Both the position numbers and the translations under genes were made by a program. From Clostridia bacterium (GTDB lineage: Bacteria; Bacillota; Clostridia; Oscillospirales; CAG-272), in contig JAFTIN010000014.1 in the NCBI GenBank assembly GCA_017456895.1, forward strand, positions 22,883-86,882: 64,000 nt of DNA, given 5' to 3'. Positions 47,001 through 56,291 of the stretch are shown here, in pieces; within the stretch, counting starts at the first letter, position 1; each line of letters opens with the position of its first letter. The notes under the pieces are model-generated. The model did not search any database. It saw only the letters and a program-made list of their open reading frames with translations, and had not been told where the DNA came from.

Positions 47001-48474
47001 CCTGACCGTCCTTGATCTTGACGGCGCCTATTTCAATTATCTTACAGTTTCTGTTGGAAAGACCGGTGGTCTCTATATCAAAGACGATCATCTCGTCCTC
47101 AAACGCCGGATACTTTGATCCGAAGACGCACCTTGCGGTATCGTTTACGTAATACGCCTCTATACCGTACAGTATTTTTAGACCGTTATCCTTGCCCGAT
47201 TTTTTCGCCTTCTCAAGCGCGAGCATGACCTCGGGATAAGCCTGTACGTTACCGTGGTCGGTGACCGCTATGGCCTTATGTCCCCATCTGATGGCGGTAT
47301 CAACGAGCTCAGCGGGAGTGATGATGGCATCCATCTGCGACATATTGGTATGAAGGTGGAGCTCTACCCTCTTTTCATCTGCCTTGTCCTGCCTGTATTC
47401 TCTGGAGATCTTCTTTATGCCTCTTGGAGTAATTCCGGGTTCGTTGTCAAATTTATCGCGACGCATTTTACCGAACACGGCAATATTTGCGCCTGACTTC
47501 AACCCCTTGAACCAATCCATCTTATCAGGATCATTCTCGGAGACGAATTTTATGTACGTACCGCAAGCACCGTCGGATATTCCGATGGTAAACGTAAATC
47601 TCTCGCTACCGCGGATCTCCTTCATTGAGGTGTCAAAGACAGTACCGAGAAAGACCGAGTTCTGCGACTGAGATGCCTTCTCGATATCCGAAAGCGGTGT
47701 AGGCTTTGTTATATCAAAATCATCACCCCATAAGAGTTCCGACTTAGCGGTGCTGTACGTTGTGGCGCCCATCTTATAAAGGGTATCTGTGATGACCTCA
47801 TTTTTTCCTGCGAGAGAAGATATACCTACCCTTGCCTCAAAGTCGTATCTCGGATCATTAGCTCTGGCCTCAGCCTCCGCGCGTTCACGGGCTACTGCCC
47901 TCTCGCGGATAAGCTTTTCCTTATTCTCTTCCTCTGCCTTTTTAAGAATCTCTTCGCGCTTTTTCGTCATCTCAAGCTCGAGCTCTTCAGCGCCTTTACC
48001 CTGAGTGATAACGATCTTTTTTCTTATTCCGTATCTGCTGAAAAGAATGTTGGAAAGTATGTCCTCCGTATTGGCGTTCTTAACGAAAGCGATACCCGTA
48101 TCATAGAACGGGAGCTCTACGCGAAGGGTGTCCCCTTCGTCTATATAGCGAGCATACGTAAAGAATCCGTGAGTTACCGCACCGCAATTTGCCGCCTCGT
48201 AGGTTATCTCATCAAACCTCAGGGGATTATATTCCTCCGGTGGAAAGTGAGGTATTATCTTAAAGCTCTCGGCGTTGTACAGCGTGCGACACTCGTCCTC
48301 TATCTCATAAAGAGTTTCGGCATCGCAGTGTCTATCAAAGCTGAGTTCAACCTCAACGCGCATAGGCGCTCTTGTATATCTGAATTTCGCCTCCTTAGCG
48401 CTCTCTAAAAGAGCACGCTTGTCCTTAGTAGGCGAATACCTTGTAAATACGTCAAAAAAACCTTTGGTCTGCAT
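44041..48474 (-). CDS. polC: DNA polymerase III, PolC type
   Basis: The protein is 1,477 aa. It has a PHP domain (VELHLHTNMSQMD), a 3'-5' exonuclease motif (FDIETTGL) and a polymerase core (GSRGSVGSSFVA). Confidence 0.95.
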   Translation of the reverse strand: MQTKGFFDVFTRYSPTKDKRALLESAKEAKFRYTRAPMRVEVELSFDRHCDAETLYEIEDECRTLYNAESFKIIPHFPPEEYNPLRFDEITYEAANCGAVTHGFFTYARYIDEGDTLRVELPFYDTGIAFVKNANTEDILSNILFSRYGIRKKIVITQGKGAEELELEMTKKREEILKKAEEENKEKLIRERAVARERAEAEARANDPRYDFEARVGISSLAGKNEVITDTLYKMGATTYSTAKSELLWGDDFDITKPTPLSDIEKASQSQNSVFLGTVFDTSMKEIRGSERFTFTIGISDGACGTYIKFVSENDPDKMDWFKGLKSGANIAVFGKMRRDKFDNEPGITPRGIKKISREYRQDKADEKRVELHLHTNMSQMDAIITPAELVDTAIRWGHKAIAVTDHGNVQAYPEVMLALEKAKKSGKDNGLKILYGIEAYYVNDTARCVFGSKYPAFEDEMIVFDIETTGLSNRNCKIIEIGAVKIKDGQVLDTIDFFVDPEEPIPPEITALTSITDDMVKGQIKEKEAIEKFLDFAGDRLLIAHNANFDVGFIRIAADRHGIAFENTYLDTVGLSRYVNPELKKHKLDVIAEHYKLHEFHHHRASDDAEMLAEIFFVMMDRLKSEGIRTFERMVDAMSENSDPLKLPTNHMVIFAKNKDGLKNLYKLISFSYLDYYKRFPRIPKTVLEEYREGLIIGSACEAGELYKAIIDNKSVQEIEDIASFYDYLEIQPIANNRFLIADEKVRDDEQLRDINRRIYDLGKKLGKPVCATCDAHFLNEEDEIYRRILLAGMKFSDADKPTPIFLRTTDEMLEEFAYLGDEACREVVISNPNMIADMCEYIRPIPEGRYEPDLPGAKEELVSSCWNRAHEWYGDDLPEVVEKRLEKELTSIINNGFAVLYMIAVKLVAYSESLGYQVGSRGSVGSSFVATMSGISEVNPLPPHYRCPKCRYSEFFLDGSVGSGFDLPDKVCPVCGEMLYQDGHDIPFETFLGFYGDKSPDIDLNFSGDVQGKVHKYTEDLFGEGHVFRAGTITGLADKTAWGYVAKYLDEKQIKIPKSQLAYMATRIMGIKKTTGQHPGGIIVIPNEYDVYDFSPIQHPADDPNANTVTTHFQFSYLHDTILKLDELGHDIPTKYKMLEKYTNTSVLDVKMNDKTVYELFESTRPLGITPEDIGGSQLATFGIPEFGTRFLQQVLVEAKPKTFADLVQISGLTHGTDVWLGNAQELIKQGTCTISEVVGTRDSIMLYLIAHGLESKLSFDIMESVRKGKGLKPEWEAEMLAHDVPEWYIWSCKKIKYMFPKAHAAAYVMSAIRLAWYKIYYPMEFYAAFLTVAPGGFDGEIAIGGYKGVNTAIGAIEQKVKENQATAKDNDTLSTLYLVREAMARGVVFLGVDLEKSDATAFLPENGKIRMPFNSLPGLGDTAAQKIVEVREKQKIHSIEELRVKTGVSKTVIEILRRNHVLDNLTETNQMTLF

Positions 48475-48567
48475 AATATACTCCTTTTGGGTTTACCCGT
48501 GTCGCATCCTTTTATCTTCGGATATGCGAACATAAATTTACTTTTTCTACCTATAAATTGCTTCTAC

Positions 48568-49659
48568 CTAAATAACTTTATCTATATACTCTTTTTTGAT
48601 TTCATCAATCAGCTCATCAAGAAGGCGGTCTTCATTAACCTTTTTTAGTATCTTCCCTTTCTTGAAGATCAAGCCCTCGCCCTGTCCTCCGGCAATACCG
48701 AGATCAGCCTCTCTTGCCTCTCCCGGGCCGTTAACGACACAGCCCATAAGCGCAACCTTTATATTGATTTTATCCAGTCCCTCACGCCTTGAGCGCTCGG
48801 TGAATTCTCTGTGCAAAGAGATAAGATCTATCTTTGTCCTACCGCAGGTTGGACAGGCGACTATATCCATTCCGGGAGTCTGTGAGAGTCCTACCGCCTT
48901 AAGTATATCCTTCGCCGCCCGAACCTCTTCGCAAGGATCGTCCGTAAGTGATACTCTGACAGTATCTCCTATGCCTTCCGCAAGGAGAGTACCTATTCCA
49001 ATACTGCTCTTGACTATAGCGGATGTTCCGCCGCCTGCCTCGGTCACACCGAGATGTAAGGGATAATCGGTCCTTTCAGCAAGGATTCTGTTAGCGGCTA
49101 TCATATCTGTGACGGTCGATGCCTTGACCGAGATGACTATATCGTGAAAGTCATATTTTTCAAGAAGTGAGGCGTGGAACAGCGCACTTTCAACAAGTGC
49201 CTCGGGCGTAGGAGAGCCGTATCTCGCGAGTATCTCCTTCTCGAGAGAGCCGGAGTTGACGCCTATCCTTATCGGAACCGAGTTGCGCCTGCAGGCCTCG
49301 GCAACACGACGGACGTTCTCCTCCGATCCGATGTTACCGGGGTTGATACGTATCTTGGATACACCGGACTCCGCAAGGGCTATCGCGATCTCATGATTGA
49401 AATGCACGTCGGCAACGAGAGGCACCGTAGCACCTCTTGAGATAAGAGCAGAAAAGGTCTTTACCGACTCAATATCAGGCGCTGTTACACGCACGATATC
49501 GCATCCTGCCTCAGCAAGCCTCATTACCTGCGAGTAGGTGGCGTCAATATCGTGTGTATCGGTATTCGTCATTGACTGGACCAAGATGGGGGATCCGCCG
49601 CCTATCACGGCTTTTCCGACCCTCACAGGTCGGCTGATGCGTCTGTCAAATGCGCCCAT
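48568..49659 (-). CDS. ispG: 4-hydroxy-3-methylbut-2-enyl diphosphate synthase
   Basis: The sequence contains PILVQSMTNTDT, IRINPGNIG and CPTCGR...GCVVNGPGE. Confidence 0.9.
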   Translation of the reverse strand: MGAFDRRISRPVRVGKAVIGGGSPILVQSMTNTDTHDIDATYSQVMRLAEAGCDIVRVTAPDIESVKTFSALISRGATVPLVADVHFNHEIAIALAESGVSKIRINPGNIGSEENVRRVAEACRRNSVPIRIGVNSGSLEKEILARYGSPTPEALVESALFHASLLEKYDFHDIVISVKASTVTDMIAANRILAERTDYPLHLGVTEAGGGTSAIVKSSIGIGTLLAEGIGDTVRVSLTDDPCEEVRAAKDILKAVGLSQTPGMDIVACPTCGRTKIDLISLHREFTERSRREGLDKINIKVALMGCVVNGPGEAREADLGIAGGQGEGLIFKKGKILKKVNEDRLLDELIDEIKKEYIDKVI

Positions 49660-49686
49660 AATACCTCCGAAAAAGCGTTAAAAATG

Positions 49687-50802
49687 TCAGAAAATAAGTG
49701 CAAACGTATCCTTAAATAAGACTATGATCATGAATACGAAGAGAATGGCCAGACCTACGGAGTTTATGATACCCTCAATCTTGGCGGGTATCTTTTTTCT
49801 CGTGATCATCTCGATAAGGATGGTGATAAGTCTGCCGCCGTCAAGCGCAGGGAAAGGCACAAGATTCATAAATCCGAGGTTCATACTGATAAGCACTGTG
49901 ATGTTGAGAAGCGAGAGGAAGCCCGCCGCCGCCGCGTCACCGATCGCAGCCGAGATACCCACAGGTCCTGAGACAGCCTCGAAGGTGTATCTGCCCGTAA
50001 TGAGATCGAAGATAGACTCCCAGCACATACGCATAATAAGAGCGGCCTTACGGAAGGAGAGAGAAAAGACATCGAAGAATCCCTTTTCCTTATACCCTGT
50101 TATCTTGAAGTCGATAATTCCGAAGGTCTGTCCCTGCTGCTCGGTTGTCGGGAAGCGGACGTCCTCTATGGTCATCTCTTCGCCGTCGCGGATAACGGTG
50201 AGATCTACGGGCTCATGACCGTAGCGCATGATCTGATAGGAAAGCTCGTCATAAATGCGAACTCTCTTGCCGTTTACTGCGACTATCTCATCACCGGGTT
50301 GAAGGCCAAAGTCCTCCGAGCGATAGGTATCATCCACGTTCGTGTAGCCGAGCTCGTTAAGAAGAAGATCATCCTCCATGGGAGCGCCCCAAGTAGTATT
50401 GCCTATGTTGATAAACGACACGATAATTATCATAGCAAGGAATCCTGCTACAATGTTTACCGTAGCGCCTGCAGCCGTAATGATAAACCTCTGCCAAGCG
50501 GGCTTTTTGTTAAATGCGTTAGGATCATCAGAGTCCTCATCCTCGCCCACCATAGCGACAAAGCCGCCAAGAGGCAGGATGGATAGCTTATATTTAATGC
50601 CGGTCTTCTTTGACTGATAGCTGACAAGCTCAGGTCCAAAGCCAAGAGAAAACTCGGATATAGTTACTTTGAAAATTCTCGCTGTTATATAATGTCCAAA
50701 CTCGTGAATGAAGATCAGAAATTCAAATACTAACAAAGAAAGAATTACGGTTAGTACTGGTCCCAAAATTATTATTCCTCCGAAAAATATGTCTATTTGC
50801 AC
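49687..50802 (-). CDS. rseP: RIP (site-2) zinc metalloprotease, M50 family
   Basis: HEFGHY is present in the first TM segment. It also has a PDZ-like middle region and NLVPFPALDGG. Confidence 0.9.
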   Translation of the reverse strand: MQIDIFFGGIIILGPVLTVILSLLVFEFLIFIHEFGHYITARIFKVTISEFSLGFGPELVSYQSKKTGIKYKLSILPLGGFVAMVGEDEDSDDPNAFNKKPAWQRFIITAAGATVNIVAGFLAMIIIVSFINIGNTTWGAPMEDDLLLNELGYTNVDDTYRSEDFGLQPGDEIVAVNGKRVRIYDELSYQIMRYGHEPVDLTVIRDGEEMTIEDVRFPTTEQQGQTFGIIDFKITGYKEKGFFDVFSLSFRKAALIMRMCWESIFDLITGRYTFEAVSGPVGISAAIGDAAAAGFLSLLNITVLISMNLGFMNLVPFPALDGGRLITILIEMITRKKIPAKIEGIINSVGLAILFVFMIIVLFKDTFALIF

Positions 50803-50827
50803 ACGATTATTTGCAAAAACGTGTATT

Positions 50828-51976
50828 TTACTTAATTAAGCTCTTGGCAACCGCCCTCGCCTCTTTATCAAGAGACAGTATGGCATCAAGAGTATGAGAG
50901 CCCTTCGCGTATGTAAGAGCGCCAAAGGTCTCGGTGACGACACCGAAAATCTCATAGAAGGATATGCGCCCCGAAAGAAAGGCCTCAACGGCCACCTCGT
51001 CAGCCGCGTTCATAACCGCGGGCATAGCTCCGCCGAGACTGATAGCTTCTCTCGCGAGGTCGAGGAACGGAAAGGCATCTCGATCAGGCCTTGAAAAGCT
51101 CAGACTGCCGAGCTCAAACAGATCAAGCGTCCTGCCCTCGCTCCTGTACCTGACCGGATAATCGACGGCGTACTGAACGCACATTTTCATATCCGGAACG
51201 GAAAGCTCAGCGATAACGCTATTGTCAATATATTCTACCGCGGAGTGAAGTATGCTCTCGCGGTGAACAACTACGTCTACCCTATCTGCAGGTACTCCAA
51301 AAAGGTGTACCGCCTCGATCACCTCAAAGCCCTTGTTCATAAGAGTGGCGCTGTCGACGGTGATCTTTTTGCCCATTTTCCAGGTCGGATGCGCGAGTGT
51401 CTCGGAAAGTGTGACCGAGCGAAGCTGCTCCTTGGTCTTACCGAAAAATGGGCCACCCGAAGCGGTGAGGAGTATCCTCTTTATCTCCTCGCGTCTACCG
51501 CTCTTTAAAGACTGGAAGATGGCAGAGTGCTCACTGTCTACGGGGATGATCTCTACCCCCTTCTTTTTTGCGGCACTCATCACTATATCTCCCGCAATAA
51601 CGAGAGACTCCTTATTTGCAAGTGCAAGTCGCTTTCCCGAGTCAATGACCGCGAGAGTGGGAAGAAGCCCCGCCTCCCCGAGAATAGCATTTACACAGAC
51701 GTCACTGACAGACTTTCTAATACCCTCAAGTATACCCTCACTACCGACAAGGACCCGAATGCCCGTGTCTGCAAGGCGTACCTTCAGCTCTGAGGCAGCG
51801 CCCGGATCAGCCAAGGCAACGGCTGACGGCTTAAATTCTCTGGCGTAGATCTCGAGAGAGGTGTAATCGCAATTTGCAGAGAGGAAATCGATGGTGTATC
51901 CGCGCTCACGCGCGACGTCAAGAGCCTGTCTGCCTACCGATCCGGTGGCACCGAGAACAGATACCGTCTTATTCAT
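50828..51976 (-). CDS. dxr: 1-deoxy-D-xylulose-5-phosphate reductoisomerase
   Basis: The sequence contains VLGATGSVG, LANKESLV and PVDSEHSAIFQ. Confidence 0.95.
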   Translation of the reverse strand: MNKTVSVLGATGSVGRQALDVARERGYTIDFLSANCDYTSLEIYAREFKPSAVALADPGAASELKVRLADTGIRVLVGSEGILEGIRKSVSDVCVNAILGEAGLLPTLAVIDSGKRLALANKESLVIAGDIVMSAAKKKGVEIIPVDSEHSAIFQSLKSGRREEIKRILLTASGGPFFGKTKEQLRSVTLSETLAHPTWKMGKKITVDSATLMNKGFEVIEAVHLFGVPADRVDVVVHRESILHSAVEYIDNSVIAELSVPDMKMCVQYAVDYPVRYRSEGRTLDLFELGSLSFSRPDRDAFPFLDLAREAISLGGAMPAVMNAADEVAVEAFLSGRISFYEIFGVVTETFGALTYAKGSHTLDAILSLDKEARAVAKSLIK

Positions 51977-52096
51977 TTTCCCCTCCTATTTTTCATCCTA
52001 CTCGGTCACTATCGGGGGTGCCATTAAGCCAAGAATAATCAAGGCCAGACGCACCCCCGATCCAAAACCAATCAGGTAATAATATTCAAAAATTAT

Positions 52097-52978
52097 TTAT
52101 GCAAAGGGCGGAAATAGCATACATACCGCCATAAGCACGGTTGCAATCGCAAGAATGGAATCAAAGCGATCCATAACTCCTCCGTGTCCGGGGAGCATCT
52201 GACTATAGTCCTTGACACCGTGCTCCCTCTTGATAAGAGATGCAAAAAGATCACCTATCTGAGAGACAACGGAAAGGATAAGTCCGATAAGCGCAAGAAC
52301 AAGATAGCTTGCATTAAGGTCGGTCGCAGCCTCAATGATGACGCCGTAAAGAATACAGCCGACAGAGGCAAACAGCACACCGCCGATGGATCCCTCTATA
52401 GTCTTTTTAGGGCTCAGGTGAGGCGCGAGCTTATGCCTGCCAAAAAGCCTGCCGGTAAAATACGCAAATATATCACACATCCACGCGGCAATGAATACAA
52501 GACCAAAAATGTAAACTCCATTTGTCATATATCGAGTAAGCGACATTGAAGTGAAGGATACAGTCACATAGGTAACCGAGAGAAATACCGCGGCAATATC
52601 ACCGAACTCAAGTATTCTCTGTTTTCCTTCAGAGCCTTTGTTTTCACTCTTTCTCATCAAGATCTCCTTGCCAAAAACACATACTGCGGCAAGGTAAAGG
52701 AGAAAGGCAAAAAGCACGGCGCTCACAATAAGTATATATCCTTTAGTATCACCGTGGGTGAAGAAGCTATGAGCAAACACGGGTAAAAGTCCGGATATAA
52801 GATATGCCGGAATTGATATCTCAAGCCTCTTTTGTATACCGAATACGCGGAGCAGCTCCCAGACACCTATAGCCGAGAGAAGTCCCAGAAACAGCGGATA
52901 AACAATATATTTTGAAAACAGGATGACAGGTATACCAACTATGCCAATGCCTATCGAAGTCAAAACTCTTTGCTTCAT
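52097..52978 (-). CDS. cdsA: Phosphatidate cytidylyltransferase
   Basis: This is a polytopic protein. The C-terminal signature is SLIKREHGVKDYSQMLPGHGGVMDRFDS. Confidence 0.9.
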   Translation of the reverse strand: MKQRVLTSIGIGIVGIPVILFSKYIVYPLFLGLLSAIGVWELLRVFGIQKRLEISIPAYLISGLLPVFAHSFFTHGDTKGYILIVSAVLFAFLLYLAAVCVFGKEILMRKSENKGSEGKQRILEFGDIAAVFLSVTYVTVSFTSMSLTRYMTNGVYIFGLVFIAAWMCDIFAYFTGRLFGRHKLAPHLSPKKTIEGSIGGVLFASVGCILYGVIIEAATDLNASYLVLALIGLILSVVSQIGDLFASLIKREHGVKDYSQMLPGHGGVMDRFDSILAIATVLMAVCMLFPPFA

Positions 52979-53002
52979 TTATTGACCCTTCTTAATTAAT
53001 CC

Positions 53003-53755
53003 TTAGTTAGCCTCTTCGGGGTTAAGTCCGCCAAAGCGACGCTTTCTCTTATAAAACGCCTCTACGGCCGTGATAGTGTCCTCCCTGCCGAAGTCCGGCC
53101 AAAGAGTCTCGGTAACGTATAGCTCCGAATAGGCGCTCTGCCATATCATGAAATTGGAGAGTCTCATGTCTCCCCCCGTCCTGATTATGAGGTCGGGCTC
53201 GGGCTGATCCGCAGTGTACAGGTGGCGGCTGATATCCGCCTCGGTGATGGGATCGCACCCTTCCTTTATCGCCGCGTTAACCGCCCTGACGATCTCATCT
53301 CTGCCACCGTAGTTAAGCGCGACATTGACCGTACGCGAGCGTCCTCGCGACAGGTTCTCTATCTCGGTACACCTCTCACGAAGTCTCTCAGGTAAAGGAG
53401 CCTTGTCTCCGATAAAGCGTATCGAAACGTCATACTTTTCCCACATTCCCTTTGCTCTGTCAAGATAGGAGAGGATAAGGTTCATTATCCCATCAACCTC
53501 CTCCTTCGGTCTCTTCCAATTCTCGGTGGAAAAAGCATATAAAGTAACGCAGGTAACCCCGAGCTCGGATAGGCACTCAATAACCGGCCTCAAGCTCTTT
53601 GCCCCTGCCTTATGCCCCTCCGTTCTCGGCAGTCCATGAGCCTTAGCCCACCTGCCGTTACCGTCCATTATGATTCCAACGGACCTGAGTCTATGGTCAA
53701 ATCCCGAAATATCTATTCTATTCTTCTCGGCCATAGACACAGATCTCGCTTTCAT
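53003..53755 (-). CDS. uppS: Isoprenyl transferase (undecaprenyl-diphosphate synthase)
   Basis: The sequence contains GIIMDGNGRWA, AFSTENWKRP and RTGGDMRLSNFMIWQ. The start is uncertain: ATGs at 53755 and 53734 both have weak SDs. Confidence 0.9.
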   Translation of the reverse strand: MKARSVSMAEKNRIDISGFDHRLRSVGIIMDGNGRWAKAHGLPRTEGHKAGAKSLRPVIECLSELGVTCVTLYAFSTENWKRPKEEVDGIMNLILSYLDRAKGMWEKYDVSIRFIGDKAPLPERLRERCTEIENLSRGRSRTVNVALNYGGRDEIVRAVNAAIKEGCDPITEADISRHLYTADQPEPDLIIRTGGDMRLSNFMIWQSAYSELYVTETLWPDFGREDTITAVEAFYKRKRRFGGLNPEEAN

Positions 53756-53785
53756 TTTTTATGTATCGAAAATTAGTTTTAAATA

Positions 53786-53916
53786 ATACTTTCGAGATAA
53801 CTCACACGCACTTTTCCCCAGATAATCAAGCGAAAGCGTATCGAGGAGCTCGCTCACCGGGACGCTCACGCCGCTCCGCTACCTATTGCGAAAGGTGACA
53901 GTCGGGGAAATATCCT
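53786..53916. repeat. Structured intergenic repeat, unit A
   Basis: It shares its ends with unit B (ATACTTTCGAGATAACTCACACGCACTTTTCCCC ... TCGGGGAAATATCC). tttcccc can pair with ggggaaa. Confidence 0.6.
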
Positions 53917-53921
53917 AAAAC

Positions 53922-54009
53922 AGTATTTTTTCGAGATAGTTGCCACGTACTTCTACCCGAAGTCGTATATACAATACGACGAGCTTGGTAGAATACGGGG
54001 GAAATATCC
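53922..54009. repeat. Structured intergenic repeat, unit B
   Basis: Its ends read GTATTTTTTCGAGATAGTTGCCACGTACTTCTACCC ... ACGGGGGAAATATCC. It has an internal 7-bp hairpin, gtcgtat-atacA-atacgac. Confidence 0.6.
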
Positions 54010-54016
54010 GAAAAAA

Positions 54017-54571
54017 TCAGATTTCCATGATTTCCTTGGTCTTTTCTGCAGTTACCTTATCAATTTCCTTGATATACTTATCGGTAAGATCCTGGATATT
54101 CTTATCCGAAGCCTTTGCCTCATCCTCGGTCATCTCGGAATTCTTCTTCTGTGCCTTTACCTTATCGTTAGCGTCACGGCGGATGTTACGGATGGCAACC
54201 TTTGCATCCTCGCCCATCTTGGAGATCTGCTTGGAGAGCTCACGACGACGCTCCTCAGTTGTGGGTGGGAAGGAAAGGCGAATGCAGGATCCGTCGTTCT
54301 GAGGATTGATTCCGAGATCAGAGGTGAGAATAGCCTTCTCAATTCCCTTCATGATGGACTTATCCCAAGCGGTGATGGTGATGGTGCGAGCATCGGTAAC
54401 CTTGATCTCCGCGATAGAGGAGATGGGTGTGGGAGAGCCGTAGTAATCAACCGAGATTCTCTTAAGCACGTCAGGATTAGCTCTGCCAGCCCTGATGGTG
54501 GAAAGGTTATCGCTGTAATTTGCGATAGTCTTCTGCATTTTTACTTCATATTCCTTGGTATCAAGCTTCAT
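54017..54571 (-). CDS. frr: Ribosome recycling factor
   Basis: The protein is 184 aa and contains TIRAGRANP and IRNIRRDAND. Confidence 0.95.
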   Translation of the reverse strand: MKLDTKEYEVKMQKTIANYSDNLSTIRAGRANPDVLKRISVDYYGSPTPISSIAEIKVTDARTITITAWDKSIMKGIEKAILTSDLGINPQNDGSCIRLSFPPTTEERRRELSKQISKMGEDAKVAIRNIRRDANDKVKAQKKNSEMTEDEAKASDKNIQDLTDKYIKEIDKVTAEKTKEIMEI

Positions 54572-54615
54572 TTTTTGTTGCTCCTTATATTTATTTTATT
54601 TTTATTTTGCTTTGT

Positions 54616-55314
54616 TTATTCAGCAGTAATAACAGTACCGTCTATCCTGCCGCGCACCGCCTTCTCAATGTCAGAGGGATCCTTTAGTCCGAACACTCTA
54701 ACAGGTGTGCCTGCGGAAAGCGAGAACGCAGTAGCAGTTGAGTCTATGGCCTTGAGATTCATAGCGAGGACCTCGGTAGCCTTGACCGTCTCAAGCCTCT
54801 TTGCATCCGGGTTCTTTCTTGGATCGTCGGTGTAGATGTAGTCGACGTTCTTTGCCATAAGGATGGCGTCAGCACCGATCTCCGCTGCTCTTACAGCACC
54901 TGCGGTATCTGTGGAGAGGAAGGGGATGCCAAGTCCGGCTCCAAGAATGACTACCTCGCCGCACTCAAGATATTTGATAGCAGCCTCAGCCGAGTATGTC
55001 TCGGCGAATGGAGTCATTGGAATAGCAGTCATAACGTGAGCGCTCTTACCCGCCCTCTCAATAGCCTCCTTGAGGCAGATGGAGTTGATAACGGTAGCAA
55101 GCATACCCATTCTGTCAGCAGAGGTGCGGTTCATCTCTCCGCCCTGTCTGCCGCGCCAGATATTGCCCGCACCGACAACGATGGCCATCTCGTAGCCGTC
55201 GTCTACACAGTTCTTTATAGCAGACGCCACCTTGTCAACGAAGGCAATGTCGTAAATCTCGCCCGAGCCGTTGGAAAGAGCCTCGCCCGATAATTTCAAA
55301 AGTATTCTCTTCAT
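54616..55314 (-). CDS. pyrH: UMP kinase
   Basis: The sequence contains RILLKLSGEAL, VVGAGNIWRG and VDYIYTDDP. Confidence 0.95.
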   Translation of the reverse strand: MKRILLKLSGEALSNGSGEIYDIAFVDKVASAIKNCVDDGYEMAIVVGAGNIWRGRQGGEMNRTSADRMGMLATVINSICLKEAIERAGKSAHVMTAIPMTPFAETYSAEAAIKYLECGEVVILGAGLGIPFLSTDTAGAVRAAEIGADAILMAKNVDYIYTDDPRKNPDAKRLETVKATEVLAMNLKAIDSTATAFSLSAGTPVRVFGLKDPSDIEKAVRGRIDGTVITAE

Positions 55315-55333
55315 TAGTCTATCCTCCGACTCC

Positions 55334-56281
55334 TTATCTCTTTAGGCTGATTGCAGCCTTAGCCTTTTCATAAATATTCTTTGCGGTGAGTCCGTATATC
55401 TCAAGGAGCTCAGGAACCTGTCCGCTCCTACCATATGAGTCCTCAACACCAACACGAAGCACGGGAACAGGACAGCTCTCTGCCACGGTCTCCGCGACTG
55501 CAGAGCCAAGTCCGCCGATAACGCTATGCTCCTCTGCGGTGACGAGAGCGCCGCTCTGTTTGGCAGCCCTGACGATAATATCCTTATCTATAGGCTTTAC
55601 GGTATGTATATTAATGACGCCGGCGTCAATGCCTTCCTCCTTCAGCATATCTGCAGCCTCAATAGCGAGATGCACCATATATCCGGTAGCAACGAGAGTA
55701 ACGTCCTTACCCTCTCTGTAACAGACGCCCTTGCCGATCTCAAACTTGTAGTCGGGGATAAGCTCAGGGGTGAGATCCGGAACGGCATATCTACCGAATC
55801 TCAAATACATAGGGCCGTCGGTATTTATGGCCGCCTCAACCGCAGCGTATGCCTCGGTAGCATCTGCAGGGCATATGACCGTCATGCCGGGGATGGTGCG
55901 CATAAGCGCGATGTCCTCATTACACTGGTGTGTCGCACCGTCCTCACCTACGGTGATGCCCGCGTGGGTAGCACCGATCTTTACGTTAAGATGTGGATAT
56001 CCGATAGCATTACGCACCTGCTCAAAGGCACGCCCTGCAGCAAACATAGCAAAGGATGAAGCAAATACCTTCTTGCCGGTAGCCGCGATACCCGCCGCCA
56101 CGCACATCATATTTCCCTCTGCGATACCACAGTCGAAGAATCTCTCGGGGAACTTCTTCTTAAACATACCCGTTTTGGTAGCCGCTGCAAGATCGGCGTC
56201 AAGAACGAGGAAATCATACTTTTCTCCAAGCTCGGCAAGTGCCCTGCCGTAGCTCTCTCTGGTAGCCTTCTTATCTGCCAT
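55334..56281 (-). CDS. Transketolase, C-terminal (pyrimidine-binding) subunit
   Basis: The ATG at 56281 follows gaggtg. The protein starts MADKKATRESYGRALAELG and contains FDCGIAEGNM. The track's N-terminal extension overlaps the upstream gene. Confidence 0.9.
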   Translation of the reverse strand: MADKKATRESYGRALAELGEKYDFLVLDADLAAATKTGMFKKKFPERFFDCGIAEGNMMCVAAGIAATGKKVFASSFAMFAAGRAFEQVRNAIGYPHLNVKIGATHAGITVGEDGATHQCNEDIALMRTIPGMTVICPADATEAYAAVEAAINTDGPMYLRFGRYAVPDLTPELIPDYKFEIGKGVCYREGKDVTLVATGYMVHLAIEAADMLKEEGIDAGVINIHTVKPIDKDIIVRAAKQSGALVTAEEHSVIGGLGSAVAETVAESCPVPVLRVGVEDSYGRSGQVPELLEIYGLTAKNIYEKAKAAISLKR

Positions 56282-56291
56282 ATTCTTCACC

